Under the pieces are notes generated by a model. It saw nothing but the letters and a program-made list of their open reading frames with translations. It was not told where the DNA came from and ran no database searches. 32,000 nucleotides of DNA, from positions 330,001-362,000 of the forward strand of contig CP010424.1 in NCBI GenBank assembly GCA_000830275.1, given 5' to 3'. A program made the position numbers and the translations under genes. Position 1 is the first letter of the stretch; each line of letters begins with the position of its first letter. Positions 16,554-23,769 of this stretch are shown one piece after another. This DNA comes from an archaeon GW2011_AR10 (GTDB lineage Archaea > Iainarchaeota > Iainarchaeia > Iainarchaeales > GW2011-AR10).

Positions 16554-17612
16554 ATGACTCTTGAGAAGGCTCGCAGGGAAATTGATTCCATTGATGATAA
16601 CATTGTGGAGTTGCTTAACGAGCGCGCAAAAAAGATAAAAGCAGTTGCTGCAGAGAAGAGGAAAAGCAATGCACCTGTTTTTGACCCTGCAAGGGAAAGC
16701 GAGGTTCTAGGCAAGCTGACTTCTAAAGCAAAGGATTTTCCAAGCAAAGGAATCAGGAGCGTATTCACTGAAATTTTCAGTTTTTCCAGAGCAATGCAGC
16801 AACCGCTCACTGTTTCGTTTTTGGGGCCGAAAGCAACTTTTACCCACATTGCTGCAATAAAAAAGTTTGGGTCACAGCCTGACTTTAAGCCAGAGGACTC
16901 AATTGCTGAAGTGTTTGATTCTGTTGAAAAAGGAAAAAGCTCTTATGGTGTTGTTCCGGTTGAGAACTCAATGGAGGGCAGCGTAAACCACACGCTTGAC
17001 ATGTTTTTGGATTCAAACTTAAGTGTTGTGGGGGAAATAAGCCTTGAGGTAAGGCACCATCTTCTCTCAAAGTACAGGCTGAAGGAAATAAAGAAGGTTT
17101 ACTCTCACCCGCAGGCTTTTGCTCAGTGCAGGAAGTGGCTTAACAGGAACCTTAGAGGTGTGGAGTTGGTTGAGGTTTCTTCCACCAGCAAGGGCGCAGA
17201 GTCAGCCAAGCTTTACCTTCATTCTGCTGCAATTGCTTCAGAGCTTGCAGCAAAAGAGTTCGGGCTTGAAATAGTTGACAGCAGCATTCAGGATTCTGGG
17301 GCAAATGTTACAAGGTTTCTTGTTATCGGGATGGGAAAGCCAAATAGAACTGGAAAGGACAAGACAAGCATACTGTTTTCGGTAAGGAACAAGCCGGGAG
17401 CACTGTTTAAGGCCTTAAAAGCATTTCATGATTTCAATATCAATATGACAAAGATTGAGTCAAGGCCAGCTAAAACCAAGGCATGGGACTATGTTTTTTT
17501 TGTGGATTTTCAGGGTTTTGCAGAGGATGAAGCAGTAAAAAAATCTTTGGGCGAGCTGGAGAAAAACTGTGGCTTTATGAAAATTCTTGGCTCCTATCCT
17601 GAGGAAGCGTAG
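16554..17612 (+). CDS. pheA: Bifunctional chorismate mutase / prephenate dehydratase (P-protein) with C-terminal ACT domain
   Basis: N-terminal CM_2 helix (REIDSIDDNIVELLNERA), PDT core (VSFLGPKATFTH...VPVENSMEGSV) and an ACT/ESRP motif (TKIESRPAKTKAWDYVFFVD). Confidence 0.92.
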   Translation: MTLEKARREIDSIDDNIVELLNERAKKIKAVAAEKRKSNAPVFDPARESEVLGKLTSKAKDFPSKGIRSVFTEIFSFSRAMQQPLTVSFLGPKATFTHIAAIKKFGSQPDFKPEDSIAEVFDSVEKGKSSYGVVPVENSMEGSVNHTLDMFLDSNLSVVGEISLEVRHHLLSKYRLKEIKKVYSHPQAFAQCRKWLNRNLRGVELVEVSSTSKGAESAKLYLHSAAIASELAAKEFGLEIVDSSIQDSGANVTRFLVIGMGKPNRTGKDKTSILFSVRNKPGALFKALKAFHDFNINMTKIESRPAKTKAWDYVFFVDFQGFAEDEAVKKSLGELEKNCGFMKILGSYPEEA

Positions 17613-17620
17613 TGATACAA

Positions 17621-18451
17621 ATGGCTGACAAAAAACTGGTTGAGCAGTTCAAGAAAACCGCGAAAGAGCTCCGCAAAGACATACTGGAAATGACAACAGA
17701 GGCGGGATCAGGGCACCCTACAAGTTCTTTGAGCTGCATTGACATTCTTGCAGTGCTTTACTTTCATGAAATGAAGTTCAACCCAAAAAAACCTGATTGG
17801 CCGGAAAGGGACAGGTTTTTGATGAGTAAAGGCCATGGCGTTCCTGCACAGTACGCTTGCCTTGCAAAAGCAGGCTTTTTCCCTAAAAGCGAGCTTAAGA
17901 CTTTAAGGAAATTGAATAGCAGGCTCCAAGGCCATCCTGATAGAGAGAAAACTCCTGGCATTGAAATTTCTTCGGGCAGCCTTGGGCAGGGGTTAAGCGT
18001 TGGCAACGGCATTGCATTGGCTGGAAAACTTGACAAAAAAAATTATCGCGTTTATGTTTTGCTTGGTGACGGAGAATGCCAGGAAGGCCAGGTGTGGGAA
18101 GCAGCAATGTCTGCAGCGCACTTCAAGCTGGATAATGTGTGCGCAATTGTTGACAAGAACAGACTGCAAAACGATTCATGGGTTGACAAAACAAAGGATT
18201 TGGGGAACCTTTCAGGAAAATGGCGTGCCTTTGGCTGGCATGTAATTGAAATTGATGGCCACGACTTTGAGCAGATTCTCGGCGCGCTTGAAGAAGCAAG
18301 AAAAACAATGGGAAAACCAACAATGATTGTTGCTTCAACAGTTAAGGGAAAAGGCGTTTCTTTTATTGAGAATGATCCTGACATGCATGGAAGGGCAGTG
18401 AAAAAAGAGGACTTGGGGAAAGCCTTGAAGGAACTGGAGAAAGGTGCCTAA
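17621..18451 (+). CDS. Transketolase, N-terminal subunit (split type)
   Basis: SGHPTSSLS, SKGHG and GSLGQGLSVGNGIALA...GDGECQEGQVWEA ThDP-binding motifs. Confidence 0.92.
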   Translation: MADKKLVEQFKKTAKELRKDILEMTTEAGSGHPTSSLSCIDILAVLYFHEMKFNPKKPDWPERDRFLMSKGHGVPAQYACLAKAGFFPKSELKTLRKLNSRLQGHPDREKTPGIEISSGSLGQGLSVGNGIALAGKLDKKNYRVYVLLGDGECQEGQVWEAAMSAAHFKLDNVCAIVDKNRLQNDSWVDKTKDLGNLSGKWRAFGWHVIEIDGHDFEQILGALEEARKTMGKPTMIVASTVKGKGVSFIENDPDMHGRAVKKEDLGKALKELEKGA

Positions 18452-18452
18452 A

Positions 18453-19388
18453 ATGGTTCAGATGATTGCTACTAGGGACGGCTACGGCAAAGCGCTTGTT
18501 GAGCTTGGGCAAAAAAACCATGAGGTTGTTGTGCTGGATGCTGACCTTGCAAAGAGCACAAAGTCAATAGAGTTTGGAAAAAAATTTCCTGAAAGGTTCT
18601 GGTACACTGGAATAAGCGAGGCTGACACAATCGGAATGGCTGCCGGCCTTGCAACCTGCGGTAAAGTGGCTTTTGCAAGCAGTTTCGCTGTTTTCATTAC
18701 CAACAGGTGCTATGACCAGATTAGGATGAGTGTTGCTTACTCAAACACTAATGTGAAGATTGTTGGAAGCCATGGTGGGCTGCTTACTGGTGCCGATGGT
18801 CCAAGCGCCCAAGCAATACTTGATGTTGCATTGATGAGGACAATGCCTAACATGGTTGTAACGGTTGCAGCTGACTTCGTTGAAGCGCAAAAAATCACTC
18901 ACGCAATTGCCGAGCACAAAGGCCCTTGCTATTTGCGAACCACCAGGGAGCCAAGGCCGGTTATTTTTGATGACAGTTATGAGTTCAGGATAGGGAAAGG
19001 CGCAGTTGTTGTTGAAGGAAATGATGTAAGCCTAATTGCGTGTGGCCCGATATTGAATGAGGCAATTCAGGCCTCAGCTGTTTTGAAAAAGCAGGGAATT
19101 TCTGCTTCCGTTGTTAACATGCCAAGCATTAAACCTTTGGATGAAAAACTTGTAGTGCAGCAGGCAAAGAAAACAGGAAGGGTTTTGACAATTGAGGACC
19201 ACGTAATAAATGGCGGGTTAGGCAGCGCTGTTGCCGAAGCTCTTGGAGAGCATTTTCCCGCTAGAATGCAGAGGGTTGGAGTGCAGAACGTGTTTGCTGA
19301 ATCAGGTTCTCCGAAGGAGCTTTACGGGAAATACGGTCTTGACGCTGAAGCAATCGTGAAAAAGGCTAAAAACCTTTTGAGGGAATGA
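18453..19388 (+). CDS. Transketolase, C-terminal subunit (split type)
   Basis: TRDGYGKAL...GISEADTIGMAAGLA...pyrimidine-binding and C-terminal domains. Its start is 1 nt after the stop of the N-subunit gene. Confidence 0.92.
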   Translation: MVQMIATRDGYGKALVELGQKNHEVVVLDADLAKSTKSIEFGKKFPERFWYTGISEADTIGMAAGLATCGKVAFASSFAVFITNRCYDQIRMSVAYSNTNVKIVGSHGGLLTGADGPSAQAILDVALMRTMPNMVVTVAADFVEAQKITHAIAEHKGPCYLRTTREPRPVIFDDSYEFRIGKGAVVVEGNDVSLIACGPILNEAIQASAVLKKQGISASVVNMPSIKPLDEKLVVQQAKKTGRVLTIEDHVINGGLGSAVAEALGEHFPARMQRVGVQNVFAESGSPKELYGKYGLDAEAIVKKAKNLLRE

Positions 19389-19395
19389 ATTCAAA

Positions 19396-20409
19396 ATGAT
19401 TATTGTAATGAAGAAGGGTTCCACGCAAAAGGACGTGGACAAGGTGCTCAACTTTTTGGAGAAAAATGGCCTTAGCGGGCATGTTTCAAAGGGAGTAAGG
19501 ATAACTGTTATTGGGGGCATTGGAACAGACACTCCTTTGGTGAAGGAGCGGGTTGAAGAGCTTTCCGAGGTTGAAAAAGTTATTCCTATTCTGAAGCCTT
19601 ACAAGCTTGTCTCAAGAGAGGCACAACCTGAAAACACTGTTATTGATATTGATGGCATTAAAATCGGCGGAAACGAAATTGTGACAATTGCAGGGCCATG
19701 CGCTATTGAAAGCGAAGAACAGTTAATGACAACTGCTGCTTCCCTGAAAAAAGCTGGAGTAAAAATTCTGCGTGCCTCTGCTTACAAGCCGAGGACAAGC
19801 CCTTACGCTTTTCAAGGCATGGAAGAGGATGGCTTAAAGCTTTTGGCCAAAGTAAAGGAAGAGTTTGGCTTGGCGGTTGAAACAGAGGTTATGGACACAA
19901 GGAGGGTTGAGCTTGTCTCAAAGTATGTTGATGTTCTGCGCATTGGTGCAAGGAACATGCAGAACTTTAACCTGTTGAAAGAAGTTGGAAAAGTTGACAA
20001 GCCAATTATTTTGAAGCGCGGCATAAGTGCAACAATTGAAGAGTTTTTGCTTGCTGCAGAGTACATCCTGAAAGAGGGAAACAAGCAGGTAATTTTATGC
20101 GAGCGGGGCATTAGGACCTTTGAAACATCCACAAGGAACACTATTGACATAACTTCTGTGCCGGTTGTCAAGGCCGCATCCCATCTGCCAATAATTGTTG
20201 ACCCAAGCCATGCTGCTGGCAGGAAGGAACTGGTGGGGCCAATAGCAAAGGCAGCTGTTGCAGTTGGAGCTGATGGCTTGCTGATTGAAGTTCACTGTGA
20301 CCCGGAAAACGCTTTATGCGATGGCAAGCAGGCGTTAACTCCTGGAGAGTTTTCCAAACTAATGGTTGATTTGAGGAAAATTGCTTCAGCTATTGGCAGA
20401 AAAATGTGA
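19396..20409 (+). CDS. aroF: 3-deoxy-7-phosphoheptulonate (DAHP) synthase, type I-beta, with N-terminal ferredoxin-like regulatory domain
   Basis: IAGPCAIES...LRASAYKPRTSPYAFQG...LRIGARNMQNF...KRG...DPSHAAG motifs. The roughly 65-aa N-terminal extension resembles the Thermotoga-type regulatory domain. Confidence 0.9.
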   Translation: MIIVMKKGSTQKDVDKVLNFLEKNGLSGHVSKGVRITVIGGIGTDTPLVKERVEELSEVEKVIPILKPYKLVSREAQPENTVIDIDGIKIGGNEIVTIAGPCAIESEEQLMTTAASLKKAGVKILRASAYKPRTSPYAFQGMEEDGLKLLAKVKEEFGLAVETEVMDTRRVELVSKYVDVLRIGARNMQNFNLLKEVGKVDKPIILKRGISATIEEFLLAAEYILKEGNKQVILCERGIRTFETSTRNTIDITSVPVVKAASHLPIIVDPSHAAGRKELVGPIAKAAVAVGADGLLIEVHCDPENALCDGKQALTPGEFSKLMVDLRKIASAIGRKM

Positions 20410-20447
20410 AAACCAACGCTGAGCTCTTCTGCGAGAGCGTGAAATCT

Positions 20448-21071
20448 ATGAAGCTGATACTTGTAAGGCACGGCCAAACAATTTCCAATGCAGAAAAACG
20501 CTATCAGGGCAGGATTGACGCGCCTTTAAGCGAGAAAGGCGAGAGGCAGATAAAGGCGGTTGCAGAAGAACTTAAAAGCGAAAAAATCGATGCAATTTAT
20601 TCAAGCACTATTGGAAGGGCTTTGAAGACTGCAAAAGAGATAGCGAAATTTCATAAGGTTCTAATCGAGGAAAAAAAAGAATTAGGGGAGGTTTCTTATG
20701 GCAAATTTGAAGGGAAAACCATTGCTGAAGTAAAAGCTGCTTTTCCTGGAGAGTACGAGAAGCGGAGGCAAAACACCTACTATCATCGCCCTCCCGGCGG
20801 TGAAACTTTGGTGGAGTTAGAGGAAAGGGTTGCACCGTTAGTAAAAAAAATAATTAGTGACTTTAGTGGAAAAACCGTTGTGGTTGTGGCACACAATAAT
20901 GTGAACAAAATCATCATCAAGCACTTTCTCGGCTACTTGCCTGAAACAGTGTCAGAGTACTTTCAGCCAAATGATTGCATTTACTTTATTCAATGGAAGC
21001 AGGGCAGGGCAGTTTTAACTCACAAATTTCCAGGAAAAAAGGAAAAAAATGGTTTTGTAAAGCTGGAGTGA
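20448..21071 (+). CDS. Histidine phosphatase superfamily protein (dPGM-like)
   Basis: MKLILVRHGQTISN (RHG motif) and a second His in VVVAHNNV. A GTG at 20406 overlapping the DAHPS stop is an alternative start. Substrate unknown. Confidence 0.8.
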   Translation: MKLILVRHGQTISNAEKRYQGRIDAPLSEKGERQIKAVAEELKSEKIDAIYSSTIGRALKTAKEIAKFHKVLIEEKKELGEVSYGKFEGKTIAEVKAAFPGEYEKRRQNTYYHRPPGGETLVELEERVAPLVKKIISDFSGKTVVVVAHNNVNKIIIKHFLGYLPETVSEYFQPNDCIYFIQWKQGRAVLTHKFPGKKEKNGFVKLE

Positions 21072-21117
21072 ATCAAATCCTCTACTTGTTTTCCAACGAT
21101 TTTCCGGCGTACAAAGC

Positions 21118-21125
21118 TTTAAATA
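21118..21125 (+). promoter_or_regulatory. TATA-like box (TTTAAATA) with BRE-like ACAAAG
   Basis: ACAAAGCTTTAAATACTT lies 47 nt after the phosphatase stop. The transcript start would be near 21150. Confidence 0.35.
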
Positions 21126-21222
21126 CTTTATTGGGGGCAATTGTTTAAGTGAGATTGTGAACAGTGAGTGTCTTTGGAACGCGCAGAACTGATTCAAGAA
21201 ATTTGCTTAGTCTCACAAACAC

Positions 21223-21230
21223 TTTAAATT
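21223..21230 (+). promoter_or_regulatory. TATA-like box (TTTAAATT), candidate promoter of the leader/tRNA-Trp/trp unit
   Basis: CAAACACTTTAAATTC. The predicted start is near 21255. This is the last AT-rich promoter-like element before trpE. Confidence 0.4.
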
Positions 21231-21254
21231 CTAATTTTTTCCACTTTTTCTATG

Positions 21255-21491
21255 CAGTTTGTGGTGTTCTAGCTGCCGGGCTGCAAAAAGCTTTAGTAAA
21301 CTGCGGCATCAGTTTAAAGGGTGCGCCATTGAAAACAGTGCACCTTGTAAACGGGGGAATTATTACCGTCCTACCGAAGGTAGGACACGTACAGCTCGTA
21401 AACGGAGCTTTCCGTTTAATGCGAGACCTGAAAGGTCGAGCAAGTGGAATGCAAAGCATTCCACGCCCTGTAAACGGGGGCTTCCGTTTAA
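21255..21491 (+). ncRNA. Unclassified highly structured leader/ncRNA with repeated G-TAAAC(N)G...C(N)GTTTA-A hairpins, directly abutting tRNA-Trp
   Basis: Near-contiguous perfect stems at 21297-21316, 21320-21344, 21368-21386, 21399-21418, 21425-21437, 21444-21464 and 21471-21490. There is no credible ORF: the open frames on both strands come from GC-rich stems. The 5' boundary is inferred from the TATA box only. Confidence 0.4.
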
Positions 21492-21563
21492 GGGGTCGTA
21501 GCATAACTGGCAGTGCGGCCGGCTCCAGACCGGCTGGTTCGGGTTCAACTCCCGCCGACCCCA
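21492..21563 (+). tRNA. tRNA-Trp (anticodon CCA), no intron, CCA not encoded
   Basis: Manual cloverleaf. Acceptor GGGGTCG/CGACCCC is perfect. U8 and A9 are present. D arm is GCAT-AACTGGCA-GTGC with A14, G18, G19 and A21. Anticodon arm is GCCGG-CTCCAGA-CCGGC. Variable region is TGGT. T arm is TCGGG-TTCAACT-CCCGC with one 49:65 mismatch. Discriminator is A73. Confidence 0.9.
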
Positions 21564-21584
21564 CTATTGTTGGAGGGAACTAAT

Positions 21585-23189
21585 TTGAGTCAGGAAAACT
21601 TTGAGGCAGGAAGAATTTATCCCCTCACTAAAACAGCTGATTTCAGCGGTGATGCATTCTACTTTTTTGCAGCCATCTCTGATTACGGGAGAAAAAGGAA
21701 CTGCATTTTTCTTGAGTCAGCTGACGTGATTAGAAAGTACGGTGAGAAAAGCATTGGTGCAACTGAGCCCTGCCTGAAAGTCAGAGGCAGAAAAGAGCTG
21801 TTTGAAATCATTGCACTGAATGAGCTTGGCGAGAGGTTTCTTGCTTTCATCAAGGATGACTTTGGCTTTGCTGATTCTGTAAAGTGCTCAAAAAAAATTA
21901 TTTCCGGGAGGTTAAAGCCTGTAAGAAGGATTGTTTCAGAGGATGAAAGGCTGGAACTGAAAACACATGCTGATGTGCTTAGGGCTGTTGCATTCAAGTT
22001 TAAGCCAACTGAGAAGCCGTTTGTGCCTTACGCAGGCCTTTTTGGCGTCATCAGCTATGACTTCATTGACCAGTTCGAGGATTTGCCTGCAAGCAGGAAG
22101 GATGTCTTAAACGAGCCGGACTATGAGCTTAACTTCTATGACAACCTTTTCCTTTTTGATCATAAGAGAAAAACAGTTACTTTTGTTGCCAACATTCTTG
22201 CGATGAGCAACACAGCGGAGTTCGAGCAGCAGCATGCTGAAAAAATGCTGGAAGAATTTGCTTCAGGGCTGAAAAAGCCCGTGCCAAAGATGAAAAAAGC
22301 CGTGAAGCGAAAATTAAGGCTTTCAACTGACACTTCCAAAAAGGAATTCGTAAAAATTGTAAAAGAATTGAAGGTGCATATTTTGCAGGGGGATGTCTTC
22401 CAGATTGTGCCCAGCAGGACAATTGCAGTTGAATTCAGTGCAGAACCTCTTGACGTTTACAAGAAACTGCGAAACCTTAACCCAAGCCCTTACATGTTTT
22501 ATTTTAACAATTCTGCCGGAATTTTGCTTGGCTCCTCTCCAGAAATGTTTCTGAAGGTAGAGGGAAACGAAGCAAAAAAGGTTGAAATCCGGCCAATTGC
22601 AGGAACTAAGCCACGCGGCTTCAAGGATGGAATAATTGACCCTGACCTTGATTCAAGGTTTGAAGCAGAACTGAAGCTGGATGAGAAGGAGTTGGCAGAG
22701 CACACAATGCTTATTGATCTTGCAAGAAATGATGTTGCAAGGGTTTCAGTGCCTGGCACAAGGCACTGCGACAAGCCTTACCTCATTGAAAAGTACTCGC
22801 ATGTGCAGCACCTTGTAAGCAATGTTTCTGGAGTGATGCGCAATGAATTGGATGCGCTGCATGCTTATCTTGCATCAATGAATATGGGTACTTTGACTGG
22901 TGCACCAAAAGTTGAGGCAATGAAACTGCTTCGCCTGAAAGAGAAAACAAAGAGGGGGTTTTATGGCGGGAGCATTGGCTACTTGACTCCTTCAGGGGAC
23001 TTTGATTCTGCCATTGTCATCAGGAGCATGAGCATTAAGGGCGGCAAGGCCTTTGTCAGGGCTGGCGCAGGAATTGTTTTTGATTCTGTGCCGGAAAAAG
23101 AGTTTGAGGAAACCGAGGGAAAGGCGCGAGCTGCAATTATGGCTCTGGAGCTTGCAAGTGGCGGTAAAAGCGGTGAAGAGAATGACTAA
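21585..23189 (+). CDS. trpE: Anthranilate synthase component I
   Basis: Chorismate-binding core (LRNLNPSPYMFYF, IRPIAGT, LAEHTMLIDLARND, GTLTGAPK, GFYGGSIGY). TTG start at 21585 with a GGAGGG Shine-Dalgarno (21572-21577) 7 nt upstream. The ORF-track start at 21513 lies inside the tRNA. Confidence 0.93.
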   Translation: MSQENFEAGRIYPLTKTADFSGDAFYFFAAISDYGRKRNCIFLESADVIRKYGEKSIGATEPCLKVRGRKELFEIIALNELGERFLAFIKDDFGFADSVKCSKKIISGRLKPVRRIVSEDERLELKTHADVLRAVAFKFKPTEKPFVPYAGLFGVISYDFIDQFEDLPASRKDVLNEPDYELNFYDNLFLFDHKRKTVTFVANILAMSNTAEFEQQHAEKMLEEFASGLKKPVPKMKKAVKRKLRLSTDTSKKEFVKIVKELKVHILQGDVFQIVPSRTIAVEFSAEPLDVYKKLRNLNPSPYMFYFNNSAGILLGSSPEMFLKVEGNEAKKVEIRPIAGTKPRGFKDGIIDPDLDSRFEAELKLDEKELAEHTMLIDLARNDVARVSVPGTRHCDKPYLIEKYSHVQHLVSNVSGVMRNELDALHAYLASMNMGTLTGAPKVEAMKLLRLKEKTKRGFYGGSIGYLTPSGDFDSAIVIRSMSIKGGKAFVRAGAGIVFDSVPEKEFEETEGKARAAIMALELASGGKSGEEND

Positions 23190-23769
23190 CGTTTTGTTTA
23201 TTGACAACTTTGACTCTTTCACTTACAATTTGGTTGACGAGTTCAGGAAGCGCGGATGCAGTGTTAACGTGTACAGGAACAACACTCCACTGGAAATAAT
23301 CCATGGTGTTGTAAGGGAGTTCAAGCCAAGGCTAATTGTTGTAAGCCCTGGTCCAAGTCGCCCAAGAGATGCGGGAAACAGCAATGAGTTGATTAAGCTG
23401 TATGCTGGTGTGCTGCCTATTTTTGGAGTTTGCCTTGGCCATCAGTGCAGCATTGAGGCTTTTGGCGGGAAAGTGGAAAGGGCTCCAGAAATCCTGCATG
23501 GAAAACCATCCAGAATAGTGCACGATGGAAAAACGATTTTCAAGGGGGTAGAGCAAAACTTTCAGGCCGGAAGGTACCATTCGCTTTGTGGCACCAGGGT
23601 TCCGGGAGAATTTGAAGTTTCAGCAAGGACTGCCAATGACATTGTTATGGGTGTAAGGCACAAAAAGTATTTCATTGAAGGAATCCAGTTCCATCCAGAG
23701 AGTATTCTAACTCCTCAGGGCGGAAGAATAATTGAGAACCTCATTGATTTGGTTAGGAAGGTGGCTTGA
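23182..23769 (+). CDS. trpG: Anthranilate synthase component II (glutamine amidotransferase)
   Basis: VLFIDNFDSFTYNLV...GVCLGHQ...QFHPES triad motifs. The ATG at 23182 overlaps the trpE stop (ATGACTAA). Confidence 0.95.
   Translation: MTNVLFIDNFDSFTYNLVDEFRKRGCSVNVYRNNTPLEIIHGVVREFKPRLIVVSPGPSRPRDAGNSNELIKLYAGVLPIFGVCLGHQCSIEAFGGKVERAPEILHGKPSRIVHDGKTIFKGVEQNFQAGRYHSLCGTRVPGEFEVSARTANDIVMGVRHKKYFIEGIQFHPESILTPQGGRIIENLIDLVRKVA

Noticed and set aside
21255-21491. Known RNA families as the identity of the structured leader: RNase P RNA, SRP/7S RNA, box C/D or H/ACA sRNA, T-box, or a Trp-codon leader peptide.
   Set aside because: I saw no GAGGAAAGUCC-type P4 motif, no SRP helix-8 motifs and no RUGAUGA box C. 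AAAGGGTGCGCC resembles a T-box core only weakly, and T-boxes are bacterial. The only mini-ORF (ATG 21252, MQFVVF) has no Trp codon. A covariance-model scan is still needed, because this is by-eye inspection only.
21164-21583. Four overlapping ORFs (139 aa +, 104 aa -, 80 aa +, 61 aa -) and the first 72 nt of the ORF-track trpE (start 21513) cover the gap upstream of trpE.
   Set aside because: They overlap a canonical tRNA-Trp and a run of perfect hairpins. Frames are open on both strands at once, as expected for GC-rich palindromic RNA. The products are R/G/P-rich with no recognisable domains. The LVNGG periodicity simply reflects the repeated GTAAACGG arm. trpE homology begins only after the TTG at 21585.
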